Assembly: GCA_947629655.1 (NCBI GenBank)
Contig: CANREL010000002.1
Coordinates: 157,340-221,339 of the forward strand
Source: an uncultured Bacilli bacterium
GTDB lineage: Bacteria; Bacillota_I; Bacilli_A; RF39; UBA660
Reading direction: 5' to 3'
DNA length: 64,000 nucleotides
Shown here: piece by piece, positions 37,644-47,551 of the stretch
Layout of the letters: the number at the start of each line of letters is the position of its first letter
How positions within the stretch are numbered: the stretch's first letter is position 1
Made by a program: the position numbers and the translations under genes
The notes under the pieces: model-generated
The model's input: the letters and a program-made list of their open reading frames with translations, nothing else
Database searches by the model: none
Told to the model about the DNA's origin: nothing

Positions 37644-40038
37644 CAATATCACCTCCTAAGAAAGATAAATCTTTATACTCTTTAACTTTGACTATATCTT
37701 CATTCTTACGATAACAAATATCTTTATACTTACAATAATTACAACCGACTAATTCTATTCCTATCTGTTTAGGATTGATTGAGAAGTCTCCTTCAAGAAT
37801 TGACGTTATGTCTTCATCAATAATTTTATCGATGTAATCAATTAACAAATCTAATACATCATCATCTAAAGTCTTAGTATAATTGTAGAACTCTCCATCA
37901 TTTTTAACACGCATACCACTTATGAAAGAACTGTCTTCATACGTCGGATCAAACTTTTCAATTCGCGACTTATCACTAGTTGAATATCCAACTAATTTTA
38001 AATTGTTCATCTTTAAATCGTGATAGTTCTTTTTACTATCTCTTTTCAATTCACCATGTAAAATTTTCTCTAGATAAAACCCGACAAACTTAGGGTTTTC
38101 AAACAAATTTCCTCTCTTTACTAAATACCAATATATTGGTAGTTGCATATCGATACCATAAGCGACATTGTACAAACTAGTAGTAGGATTTCCCGTCTTG
38201 TAATCAATAATGCTTACTAATGTCTCACCATCTTTTTCACGATACATACACTTATCAATTATGCCCATGAAATCGACTTTTATATTTCGATCTTTTTTAA
38301 CATATATTTTATATTCCATTAAACTGTCAGTTAGATAAGTTTCTTTATGTAAATTTTTAACAAAATCTATTATTAGTAACAATTCATCTTTCAATTTTAA
38401 TAAAAGAACATTTTCTTTTTCATCAAGTGTTAAATTTTTAACATACTTATCCCATTCTCTATCAAAATCAAAATCATCTCTAAAACAAATACTCAATAGA
38501 TAGTGAAATAGATTTCCAACTTTTATTGGAAAAGTCTCTTCATATTTATTAATTTTTAAAATGTTATCAAGATAATATCGGAAATGACATTTATTATAAG
38601 TATTGATTGAAGAATATGATAATAATAATTTATTATCTAACTTATTCATTAACTTATGACTTGTTATGCCACTAAACTTATTGTCATAAGTCAAATAATC
38701 AATTTTATAACTGTTATAATACTTATTTAATAGTGGATTAATCGTCCCATATTTAATGAAGTCATCCAAATACTTAGTCAATTTCATCTTGGCATATGAA
38801 GAAGAATAGACATTATCAGATGATGAAATATCTTTGACGACAAAGTTATTTTCAGATATTAAATTGGATTCATAATAATCGTTTTGAAGATGTTTCAATG
38901 AATAAGACATGGTCAAATTAGCAGTGTTATTAATGAAGTATAAAACTTCATCTTTTGAAAGTTTATTCTTCATATTAGTATCTTCCAAATCGACAAATCT
39001 CTTATCTAAATCACTGATATAATCTTCATCTTTATAAAGTTTTGGCAATTCATTTTGATTAAAACCAATCAAAAAAATATAATTATTATCGTTGTATAAC
39101 AAGGGATTCATATCTCCAAAACTCAATTTATTAACATAGTCATTAATGATTACTCTACTCTTTTGTAAATCATTTTTAATGAGTGCATAAACACTTTTAA
39201 ATGAATATTTTAGATCATTGTATTTATTAGAGATATTTAATATTGACCCCACTACTTTGAAATCATCTTCACTAGTGTATTTATTCTTGATGAAGTTAAT
39301 CGCATCTTCAATACTTTCACTTTTCAAAAGTTTATCCAAATAATCTTTAACTATTTCTGTACCATATATTGAGTAACCTCTATCTTCAATTGGTAGTCCA
39401 TAAAGCTTCGCTAACTTTTTAAAGACATTTTCATATTTATCACTATAATTAACAATTTTTATATCATTAATTGTAATGCCCTTATCGATTAAATCTCCAA
39501 TTTTATTAAAGACAAATTCAACTTCTTCTTCCAAAGTATTAGCTCTAAAAACAACATTGTTCTTCTTTTCTTTAGATTCATTTTTTAAAACCTCATAATC
39601 GTATTTAGATAAATACTTTTTAAAGAGATTATCGATGTAAAAATATCCATATACATATATTTTTCTCTTTTCTATTGCTTTAGAAAAGATTGTATCAATA
39701 GTTAGTAATTTTTCTTTTAGTAATTCTTCCTTTAAAGAAGATAACTCGCTTAAAACTATACTTGAATAATCGCTTTTATCGACGTAATACATATTAGCAA
39801 GTTTTATCTTAGCAACATCACTATCATAATCATATTTATCCATCAAATACAAAACAGCTCTTTCATCGTAATCAAAAGTATTATTAATGATGAATTCTTC
39901 ACGAGACATGAACTTGACATTCAAAAGTTTACTACTATGACTGATATCTTTTAAAAGATTATTTTTCAAATTATTAGGAACTATTAAAATACAATTATTT
40001 TCTAATAAATCCATATTCATAACATCACATCTTTCCAT
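37636..40038 (-). CDS. addB: Helicase/nuclease subunit B (AddB/RexB type) with Fe-S cluster cysteines
   Basis: About 800 aa; the start is uncertain (ATG 40038 or 40020). Nuclease motif GIIDKCMYREKDGETLVSIIDYKTG. Cys ligands are NKCHFRYY plus CNYCKYKDIC. No Walker A is visible at the N-terminus. The stop overlaps the addA start. Confidence 0.7.
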   Translation of the reverse strand: MERCDVMNMDLLENNCILIVPNNLKNNLLKDISHSSKLLNVKFMSREEFIINNTFDYDERAVLYLMDKYDYDSDVAKIKLANMYYVDKSDYSSIVLSELSSLKEELLKEKLLTIDTIFSKAIEKRKIYVYGYFYIDNLFKKYLSKYDYEVLKNESKEKKNNVVFRANTLEEEVEFVFNKIGDLIDKGITINDIKIVNYSDKYENVFKKLAKLYGLPIEDRGYSIYGTEIVKDYLDKLLKSESIEDAINFIKNKYTSEDDFKVVGSILNISNKYNDLKYSFKSVYALIKNDLQKSRVIINDYVNKLSFGDMNPLLYNDNNYIFLIGFNQNELPKLYKDEDYISDLDKRFVDLEDTNMKNKLSKDEVLYFINNTANLTMSYSLKHLQNDYYESNLISENNFVVKDISSSDNVYSSSYAKMKLTKYLDDFIKYGTINPLLNKYYNSYKIDYLTYDNKFSGITSHKLMNKLDNKLLLSYSSINTYNKCHFRYYLDNILKINKYEETFPIKVGNLFHYLLSICFRDDFDFDREWDKYVKNLTLDEKENVLLLKLKDELLLIIDFVKNLHKETYLTDSLMEYKIYVKKDRNIKVDFMGIIDKCMYREKDGETLVSIIDYKTGNPTTSLYNVAYGIDMQLPIYWYLVKRGNLFENPKFVGFYLEKILHGELKRDSKKNYHDLKMNNLKLVGYSTSDKSRIEKFDPTYEDSSFISGMRVKNDGEFYNYTKTLDDDVLDLLIDYIDKIIDEDITSILEGDFSINPKQIGIELVGCNYCKYKDICYRKNEDIVKVKEYKDLSFLGGDIDA

Positions 40039-40057
40039 CTATATTTTAACATATTAA

Positions 40058-40090
40058 ATCAATTAAAAATACCTCTATGGGTATTATTTT
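40058..40090 (-). terminator. Putative terminator after the GHL10 gene
   Basis: AATACC cataga GGTATT followed by TTTAATT on the minus strand. The stem is short. Confidence 0.4.
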
Positions 40091-41304
40091 TGTAATATAT
40101 CAATAATGTTTTTAACTTCTTTTTGAACGGTTTCATTTTGAATAGTTTGGTCATAGAAAAAATCATATCTAAAAAGCGAAAAACCAGAATAATTAGAAAT
40201 ATTTCTAGCATATAAAATCTGTTTTTTTATGATATTGGAATTATTTATCCATTCTTTACTACCACTACCAGCATATTTATCATCATTACCAGATTTGTAT
40301 AGTGCAAGGGCTGGTATCAATGTTACAGAATCTGTTTTTATCAAATCATTCCATTCTTCAATCGTACTAGTAAAGGGACGATTTTGATTGTTAAAACCAA
40401 AATATATCTGTGGCATGATGTAATCGATATATCCTTCTTCCTGCAAATATTTTTTCGTATCTAAATAATTGCTGGAATAGTTATTATTGATATTTCCTTC
40501 TGGTGCTATTCCAAACAAGACATCACTGTTAGTGCTTTTGATGATGTCATGGACTTTTTTAATCATTTTCGTCGTATTATCTAGGCGAAATTCTTCAAGT
40601 GACATCTCACCACCACTCTTCTTATATTGTTCATAATCATAGCTATCAATATCACCACCTGGGAAGAAATAATCATCAAAATGAATACCATCGACATGAT
40701 AATTAGAAACAATTTCTTTGACCCCTTCAACTATTAAATTCATAACGTCTTCACTAGCGGGATTGTAATAAATACCTTTGCCATCGATAACTTTTATCTT
40801 ATTAGTGTTTAAAAATTTATGAGCTGGATGACTCTCATCAATTAAAAAATCCGTTTGATTAGATATGCGATATGGATTTATCCAAGCATGAACTTTAATT
40901 TCATTTTCATGAGCCTTAGTGATGAAATAATCAAGAATATCAAAAGGTAGTTCGGAATCGGTAACCTTTTTACTATTAGGAAATATTTTTGATGGATAAA
41001 TGCTATCGGAAAAAGGACGAACGTGTAAAATTAACCAGTTGAAAGAATTGTTTTTCATATTAGTAATTATCTGATCAATATTTTTCTTAGCTGTTACTTC
41101 ATCTTTTCCTTTGATGTATTTCTCTAATTCGATATAAGAAAAATACATACCTCTTATTTCTTCAGCATTCTCTTCTTTTTCTACTTTTTTGACAATATCT
41201 TTTTGAGAACTGACTGCATCTTCTTTTAATTCTCTTTTATCACTAATAATAAAAAAAGTAGCAATTATAAACATTACTACTATTACTAATATGTTTTGTT
41301 TCAT
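40084..41304 (-). CDS. Glycosyl-hydrolase-like family 10 (GHL10 / UPF0748, YngK-like) protein, membrane anchored
   Basis: 406 aa with an N-terminal TM segment. TIM-barrel hallmarks of the family are present: RGMYFSYIE, NWLILHVRPFSDSIYPS, VHAWINPYRI, VDGIHFDDYFFP. Confidence 0.75.
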   Translation of the reverse strand: MKQNILVIVVMFIIATFFIISDKRELKEDAVSSQKDIVKKVEKEENAEEIRGMYFSYIELEKYIKGKDEVTAKKNIDQIITNMKNNSFNWLILHVRPFSDSIYPSKIFPNSKKVTDSELPFDILDYFITKAHENEIKVHAWINPYRISNQTDFLIDESHPAHKFLNTNKIKVIDGKGIYYNPASEDVMNLIVEGVKEIVSNYHVDGIHFDDYFFPGGDIDSYDYEQYKKSGGEMSLEEFRLDNTTKMIKKVHDIIKSTNSDVLFGIAPEGNINNNYSSNYLDTKKYLQEEGYIDYIMPQIYFGFNNQNRPFTSTIEEWNDLIKTDSVTLIPALALYKSGNDDKYAGSGSKEWINNSNIIKKQILYARNISNYSGFSLFRYDFFYDQTIQNETVQKEVKNIIDILQK

Positions 41305-41349
41305 ATTATCACCATTAAATTTTATGCCAAGAAAAAATTAATATAACTA

Positions 41350-42381
41350 CTATTTGTCAATGATGAACATACTATCACCAAATGAGAAGAAACGATATTT
41401 TTCTGAAACAGCTTCTTCATATGCTTTCAAGACTTTTTCACGTCCAACTAAAGCACTTATCAACATGATTAGAGTTGACTTTGGTAAATGGAAATTAGTT
41501 ATCAAATTGTCAACAATTTTAAATTCATATCCCGGATAGATAAAAATATCGGTATTTCCATAACAAGCACGCAGTTCACCATAGCGATTCATCACTGTTT
41601 CCAGTGTTCTAACTGTCGTCGTTCCAACAGCAACGAGACGATTGCCACGTTTTTTCGTCTCATTGATGATTTGGCAAGTCTCATCACTTATTTCATAGTA
41701 TTCACTATGCATGTGATGTTCTAAAATATTTTCGACGTTTACTGGTCGAAAAGTACCCAAACCGACATGGAGTGTGACATAACAAATATTAACACCTTTT
41801 TCTCTTAGTGTGTTCATCAACTCTTCGGTAAAATGTAATCCCGCTGTTGGAGCTGCTGCACTACCAAGATTTTTAGCATAAACTGTTTGATAACGACTTT
41901 GATCCTCCAATTTTTCATGAATGTAAGGAGGTAGTGGCATCGTTCCAAGTTTGTCTAATATCTCATATAAAATTCCATCATAAATTAGTTCAAATACTCT
42001 GATTCCTTCTTCTTTTTCCGAAGTACAACGACATTTTAAAAGTCCATCACCAAAAGATATAATTGTTCCTACTTTAACTCTTTTAGCTGGTCTTGTCAAA
42101 GCTTCCCAATAATTGTCATTTGTATTTTTTAAAAGTAAAACTTCAATGACTGCTCCCGTGTCTTCTTTTACTCCAATAAGGCGCGCTGGTATTACTTTAG
42201 TATCATTCAAAACCAAAGTATCACCTGGATTGAGATATTCAACAATATCCGTAAAATGGCGATGTTCAATCGCTCCTGTATTCTTATTCAAGACCAACAT
42301 TCTTGAAGATGAACGATTTTCTAATGGCGTTTGAGCAATCAATTCTTCGGGAAGATAGTAATCAAAATCCTCTAGATTCAT
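41350..42381 (-). CDS. queA: S-adenosylmethionine:tRNA ribosyltransferase-isomerase
   Basis: 343 aa. Shows [48 protein letters not shown] and [11 protein letters not shown]. Confidence 0.95.
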   Translation of the reverse strand: MNLEDFDYYLPEELIAQTPLENRSSSRMLVLNKNTGAIEHRHFTDIVEYLNPGDTLVLNDTKVIPARLIGVKEDTGAVIEVLLLKNTNDNYWEALTRPAKRVKVGTIISFGDGLLKCRCTSEKEEGIRVFELIYDGILYEILDKLGTMPLPPYIHEKLEDQSRYQTVYAKNLGSAAAPTAGLHFTEELMNTLREKGVNICYVTLHVGLGTFRPVNVENILEHHMHSEYYEISDETCQIINETKKRGNRLVAVGTTTVRTLETVMNRYGELRACYGNTDIFIYPGYEFKIVDNLITNFHLPKSTLIMLISALVGREKVLKAYEEAVSEKYRFFSFGDSMFIIDK

Positions 42382-43410
42382 CTACTCATCCTCACTTTCT
42401 AAATCGAATAATGTATTTTGATAAGTCATATTTACTTGACGATATCCCTTTTCCGTTACCACTCTTCCACGTGGTGTACGTTTTAAGAAACCACACTGTA
42501 ACAGATATGGTTCATAGACATCTTCAATCGTCGTTGCTTCTTCACCAATGACACTAGCAATTGCTTCAAGGCCCACTGGGCCACCATTGAACTTTTCAAT
42601 GATGCCACGAAGCAATTGATGGTCAGTATCATCAAGTCCTGCTTCATCGACTTTTAAGCGACTCAAAGCTTTTTTCGTAACTTGTAAATTGATCGTATCA
42701 TCACCATCGACTAAGGCAAAATCCCTAACTCTTCGAAAAAGGCGATTGGCGATTCGTGGTGTTCCACGACTGCGACTAGCTAGTTCAAAAGAAGCATCAT
42801 CGTCAATAGGCATTCCTAAAACGCGCGCTGTTCTTTTGACGATATCTTGTAACTCTTCATTCGTATAATACTGTAGTTTAGCAATAATTCCAAAGCGATC
42901 GCGCAAAGGTGAAGTCAAATCACCAGCTCTCGTCGTCGCCCCAACTAGAGTAAATGGTGGTAAATTAATTCTCAAATTACGGCTATTGCCCTCCCCACCA
43001 ACAATTATGTCCAATGTGAAATCTTCCATCGCTGGATATAATATCTCTTCAACAAAACTAGGCATTCTGTGAATTTCATCGATAAACAACACATCTCCTG
43101 GTTCAAGTGAAGATAGAATTGCCGCCAAGTCACCACTTTTTTCAATACTTGGTCCACTAGCTATTTTGATATTGCTTCCAAGTTCATTGGCAATTATGTA
43201 TGCAAGCGTTGTCTTACCAAGACCAGGAGGGCCATATAAAAGCACATGATCTAATGGTTCATCACGCATTTTAGCCGCTTCGATAAAGACTCCAATATTT
43301 TCTTTGACGTCTTTCTGTCCAATGTAGTCAGCAAGTAATTCTGGTCTTATTGATTCTTCAAATTCATCACCATTTAACTCTTCATTTGTTAAAATTCTTT
43401 CGCTTTCCAT
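42382..43410 (-). CDS. ruvB: Holliday junction branch migration helicase RuvB
   Basis: Start moved to ATG 43410 (MESERILT) behind GGAGGTAAAC. Shows [37 protein letters not shown] and GTPRIANRL. Confidence 0.95.
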   Translation of the reverse strand: MESERILTNEELNGDEFEESIRPELLADYIGQKDVKENIGVFIEAAKMRDEPLDHVLLYGPPGLGKTTLAYIIANELGSNIKIASGPSIEKSGDLAAILSSLEPGDVLFIDEIHRMPSFVEEILYPAMEDFTLDIIVGGEGNSRNLRINLPPFTLVGATTRAGDLTSPLRDRFGIIAKLQYYTNEELQDIVKRTARVLGMPIDDDASFELASRSRGTPRIANRLFRRVRDFALVDGDDTINLQVTKKALSRLKVDEAGLDDTDHQLLRGIIEKFNGGPVGLEAIASVIGEEATTIEDVYEPYLLQCGFLKRTPRGRVVTEKGYRQVNMTYQNTLFDLESEDE

Positions 43411-43819
43411 GTTTACCTCCTTTACCCCTGTAGGTTTCAAGAACAAAAATAAATTTTTCTCTGATGTCATCGACAACAGGAATGGTATCTATATCATCAA
43501 TACCAAACCAACCGGCACTATAGCTCTCCCCATTGTGGACAATATTCAAGTTTTTAGGTATTGCATAAAATTGATAATCGATCTGATGCCCGACTTTATT
43601 ATCATAAATTTCTTTAGCAAAAGGTTCCTTATCAACTATATCAATTTCAATTCCTGTCTCTTCAAGTGTCTCACGAACAGCAGCTTCCCACTTTTCTTCC
43701 CCTTCTTCGACATGACCACCAGGTTGAACATATTTACCAAATTTCTTATGATAAACTAACAATATCTCATCTCTATCATTTATGATAAAAGCTGAAGAAC
43801 ATATCTGTTCCTTTACCAT
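43382..43819 (-). CDS. NUDIX hydrolase
   Basis: 145 aa. Nudix box [25 protein letters not shown]. The 3' end overlaps the ruvB start by 29 nt. Confidence 0.85.
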   Translation of the reverse strand: MVKEQICSSAFIINDRDEILLVYHKKFGKYVQPGGHVEEGEEKWEAAVRETLEETGIEIDIVDKEPFAKEIYDNKVGHQIDYQFYAIPKNLNIVHNGESYSAGWFGIDDIDTIPVVDDIREKFIFVLETYRGKGGKHGKRKNFNK

Positions 43820-43833
43820 ATCATCACCTACTC

Positions 43834-44406
43834 TTAATTACTTTTGCTCTTTACATATTCATATATCTCTAACCAATCTTTAACTCTTTTATAATCATTG
43901 TTATCACGATTATAAATCGTATCAAACAACAAAACATCTATTCCCTTTTCACTAACTTTTAAACAATTCTTAACACTGTCATCGATGAATAAGTCTAATT
44001 TCAATGCTTCAGCATAACTGCTCTTGCGCTTATTACCAGCAATTATCAAATGATACTTTATATGATTCCTATCTAACCACTCTTTGGTCAAATCATGACT
44101 ATTTTCAATAAAATCCCCATCTCTCGTCGTAATAAAAATAATCTCATGTCCATCTTCGACTAATTTATCTATAACTTCTTTGACGTGATCTTTTACTTCA
44201 ACATTTTTCAAAGTTTCGACCATATAAGTCTCTAGAAAATGTTCACGATCTTTTTCATCCCAATCATACATTCCATTGAACTTATAACAATCTTCATCAA
44301 TTATGCCATGACCATCTTTATATAACTTATCATATTTATCAGCATACTCTAATAACAATTCATTTGTATTAGCTATTGTATCATCAATGTCAATCCCTAT
44401 TCTCAT
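43834..44406 (-). CDS. HAD-superfamily 5'(3')-deoxyribonucleotidase-like phosphatase (NT5C/YorS-like)
   Basis: 190 aa. N-terminal DxDxT (IGIDIDDTIANT), a later ITTR, and the C-terminal acidic motif FIDDS. Confidence 0.55.
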   Translation of the reverse strand: MRIGIDIDDTIANTNELLLEYADKYDKLYKDGHGIIDEDCYKFNGMYDWDEKDREHFLETYMVETLKNVEVKDHVKEVIDKLVEDGHEIIFITTRDGDFIENSHDLTKEWLDRNHIKYHLIIAGNKRKSSYAEALKLDLFIDDSVKNCLKVSEKGIDVLLFDTIYNRDNNDYKRVKDWLEIYEYVKSKSN

Positions 44407-44413
44407 AAAACAC

Positions 44414-44971
44414 CTACTTCAATAATAATTTCAAAGCTTCTTTAACTTGATCTTCAATACTCAAAGAACTATCTACTTTATTGATAATACCTTTAATCTC
44501 TTTATCTTTATAACCAAGTCCTTTTAATACTTCAATCAATTCATCCATTGAATTGTCAACGAAATCAGCACTGATCTGCATATTTAATTTTCCCTTTAAA
44601 TCGAGAATGATCTGTTTTGCAACTTTTTCACCAATCTTTGGAAATTTTTTTAAGTATAAAATATTCTCTCTTTCAATCGCATCAACTATACCACTGATTG
44701 ATCCAGTCGCTAATATTGGTAAAGCCATCTTGCAACCTAAACCTTTAACACTGATCAATTTTAAAAACAAATCTTTTTCTTCTTGTGTCTTAAATCCATA
44801 TAAACTATTTTCATCTTCTCTAATCAATTGATAGATGTATACTTTATAACTATCTCCTTCATTAAAAGCATAAGGGTTAGGAGTATACACTTGATATCCA
44901 ATCCCATTATTATCTATTACTATATAACTTCCTGTTATTTCCTCAATTTTTCCTACAATATAATTATACAT
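44414..44971 (-). CDS. ruvA: Holliday junction DNA-binding protein RuvA
   Basis: Start moved to ATG 44971 (MYNYIVGKIEEI) behind GGAGGTAATT. Has an OB domain, the HhH pair LISVKGLGCKMALPIL ... LKKFPKIGEKVAKQII, and a C-terminal domain III. Confidence 0.9.
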   Translation of the reverse strand: MYNYIVGKIEEITGSYIVIDNNGIGYQVYTPNPYAFNEGDSYKVYIYQLIREDENSLYGFKTQEEKDLFLKLISVKGLGCKMALPILATGSISGIVDAIERENILYLKKFPKIGEKVAKQIILDLKGKLNMQISADFVDNSMDELIEVLKGLGYKDKEIKGIINKVDSSLSIEDQVKEALKLLLK

Positions 44972-45047
44972 AATTACCTCCAATACCATTATATAATAAA
45001 TAAAATCAAATTAAAATAAAAAGAGTTTTAATAACTCCTTTATTTCA

Positions 45048-46604
45048 TTACTCATCAATGAAGACATTATTATTTATTCTATTGACGACATTACCAACAA
45101 CTTTACCATGACCATAGTCACAATAACCCATATAACCACCTAATTCATTGACACATTTTAAAAGTCTCTTACGGTAAAAGAAGACATTTGCGACATATTT
45201 ATCATATTCTTTACCGATGTCTAACAAATCATTATCCGTAATGAATTTATTAACTTCAACTTCTAAATAATTGTTATCACTTTGATAGAATTCATAATAA
45301 TTGTAATAGTACAAACCATCTTTATTCATCGTCTTTTCAATTATGAAAACACTACCATCATCACGACGATACTTTCTGACATCTATATCGTATCTTTCAA
45401 TATTATTCGTATCAAATACTTCTTTAAACTCATGGCCATCAAAGTTGAAATGACCAATATAGTTATTATCACCAATATCTTCAAGTCTTTTCAAACTCAA
45501 AAAATTATTGACGATGTACTCATCATAAGTTTTTAACATCGCATATTGATTCTTAACTTCATCTTCCATTTTCTTATAACTGTTATCTTTATTTTGAATA
45601 CCTTCAAGATACTCAATCTGATTAGACAATTCTTCTTTTTTATTTATATTCGCGAAGACATTAATTTCAGAAATGAGAACTTTAGGATTGCTCATACGTC
45701 CATTATTGGCGTAATCACAATATAGATACTTATACAGTTGTCCGTTATCATTTCTAATGATTTCTAAACCACTGATGACAAAAGCCGTATTATCATTTCG
45801 GGCATATTTCAAAGCCTTTAACTTTTGATTTGATGATTTGAAGAATTTGTCGATATTGACTAAATTGATATTGTCAAAAAGCGAAACACCATTTTGGTAA
45901 TCCGTTATTAATTCCGTACTCATTGGAATGTGAAATCGGTTAAAATTATTCTTGTCATAAACTCCAAAATAATAACAATCAGACTTATTACCAATGTGGT
46001 ATAGATAAGCATCATACGATAGATCTAGGCAATAAAATTTACCATCAATCTCTAACATATTCCAAGCATAACGCATATTATTTCCTTCGACGAAATGACA
46101 CTTGATACCTCTTCTATCCATCATCTCTTTAAAGATTAAACTGAATCCATAACTAGATGTCTTACGATATAAAATTCCTAATAGAGAATCAATATTCTTC
46201 TTATTTTCCAAATGATAATTATGACTATAAGATATGTATCTCTTCAACTTATTATAAATTAAATAAGCTAGTTCTATTGGTGTGTAATCAAAGGTAATAT
46301 CTTTTTCCATGAATTCAAAAGTTCTAATTATCCCTATCAATTCATTTCTAGTATAATAATTTTTATTTTCATAATATTCATAATTATTAGTTCTTTTCTT
46401 ACGCTCTTCATCATATCCACCAGCTATTCTAAAAGTTACTTTTGGTGAATCGATAATCTTTAATAGATCAACAGATTTAATGCCACAAGTATTATTAAAT
46501 CTGATTAATAATTCACTATCTGGTCTACTCTTAATAAAATTATTTATATCATTTATATCTTTGAGAAGGAGCGAATCTAAACTTATTTTAAATTTATTAT
46601 TCAT
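45048..46604 (-). CDS. Cytoplasmic protein with degenerate transglutaminase-like core
   Basis: Start moved to ATG 46604 behind GGGAGGTAG. The core block KTSSYGFSLIFKEMMDRRGIKCHFVEGNNMRYAWNMLEIDGKFYCLDLSYD aligns by eye with the GxCxxFA...G...HAW...D core of transglutaminase-like proteins. Ser replaces Cys and Tyr replaces His. Confidence 0.45.
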   Translation of the reverse strand: MNNKFKISLDSLLLKDINDINNFIKSRPDSELLIRFNNTCGIKSVDLLKIIDSPKVTFRIAGGYDEERKKRTNNYEYYENKNYYTRNELIGIIRTFEFMEKDITFDYTPIELAYLIYNKLKRYISYSHNYHLENKKNIDSLLGILYRKTSSYGFSLIFKEMMDRRGIKCHFVEGNNMRYAWNMLEIDGKFYCLDLSYDAYLYHIGNKSDCYYFGVYDKNNFNRFHIPMSTELITDYQNGVSLFDNINLVNIDKFFKSSNQKLKALKYARNDNTAFVISGLEIIRNDNGQLYKYLYCDYANNGRMSNPKVLISEINVFANINKKEELSNQIEYLEGIQNKDNSYKKMEDEVKNQYAMLKTYDEYIVNNFLSLKRLEDIGDNNYIGHFNFDGHEFKEVFDTNNIERYDIDVRKYRRDDGSVFIIEKTMNKDGLYYYNYYEFYQSDNNYLEVEVNKFITDNDLLDIGKEYDKYVANVFFYRKRLLKCVNELGGYMGYCDYGHGKVVGNVVNRINNNVFIDE

Positions 46605-47307
46605 GACTACCTCCCAAATTGTTATAACAGATGACATCATCTTCATAAACTTTGATTCCAAGCGCTACTAAATCATCTATTAAAGCTTTATTTTTGACAT
46701 ATTGATTATTAGAGATACTTATTTCTTTTAAACCACTATATTTATTTACAAAATCGAGATCCATGATATTAGAATTATCAACAGATAATCTTTCAATTAA
46801 GATGAAATGATAAAGTGTACTAGTTTCAACTAACGTTGAATAACTCAAATCGACTTCCACTAAATGTGGTAAGTTTTCCAAATAATTAATTGTTTCCAAT
46901 TTCATATTTATCAGTTTAATAGCATTTAATCCTTTCATAGAACCAATGTTTTCAAGATCAGTAACAGTACAATTATTAAAGCCAAAAGACTTCAACTTTG
47001 TCTGATAGAAACCTTTAACATTAGAAATGTGACAATTATTAAACATCAAAGTCTCTAAACTTCGTAGATGAACGATATTGTTAATAGCGACGTCATCGAT
47101 ATTGGAATTAGATATCTCTAACCTCTTCAAATTGGGAAAATATCCCAATATTTTAAAATCTATTTTTTCATAAGTATTCGATATACCAACAGGATTTAGA
47201 TACAATTCCTCTACTTTTTTAAGTTCATCTAAAGTAAAATTAGTATCAGTTTTATTCAATAAATTCATTAAAAATAATTGTACTTCTAAATAGGGAATAT
47301 TTACCAT
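46597..47307 (-). CDS. Leucine-rich repeat (LRR) protein, no signal peptide
   Basis: 236 aa with about 7 repeats of ~22 aa (LKRLEISNSNIDD, LRSLETLMFNNCHISNV, LKSFGFNNCTVTDL, LNAIKLINMKLETI, LVEVDLSYSTLVE, IERLSVDNSNIMDL, LKEISISNNQ). The stop overlaps the next gene's start by 8 nt. Confidence 0.75.
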   Translation of the reverse strand: MVNIPYLEVQLFLMNLLNKTDTNFTLDELKKVEELYLNPVGISNTYEKIDFKILGYFPNLKRLEISNSNIDDVAINNIVHLRSLETLMFNNCHISNVKGFYQTKLKSFGFNNCTVTDLENIGSMKGLNAIKLINMKLETINYLENLPHLVEVDLSYSTLVETSTLYHFILIERLSVDNSNIMDLDFVNKYSGLKEISISNNQYVKNKALIDDLVALGIKVYEDDVICYNNLGGSHE

Positions 47308-47525
47308 GAAATCACCTTTTTTCTTATTAAATTCCCATCGTCATTCCATCAACACCAAGTTGATAATGACTTACTTCATCAGAAAAACTAAACATTGTCT
47401 AGGACTACTTTTCCATTACCTATCCTCTATATGATAAAAACTATAACATCTTCCAAACCAATCACCTACAAACATATTACCAACAATATAATTATATCAT
47501 TTTTTTTATTCTTTTTATTTTTTCA

Positions 47526-47551
47526 TAAAAAAAGACATGTCTACACATGTC
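47526..47551 (-). terminator. Intrinsic terminator after smc
   Basis: GACATGT gtag ACATGTC followed by TTTTTTT on the minus strand. Overlaps the smc stop. Confidence 0.6.

Noticed and set aside
44972-45047. SOS (Cheo/LexA) boxes upstream of ruvA, addB (40039-40083) and recD2 (16625-16704)
   Set aside because: I looked for GAAC-N4-GTTC-type palindromes and found none. The closest, atcGAACaggaCAAAt near 16675, lacks the second half-site.
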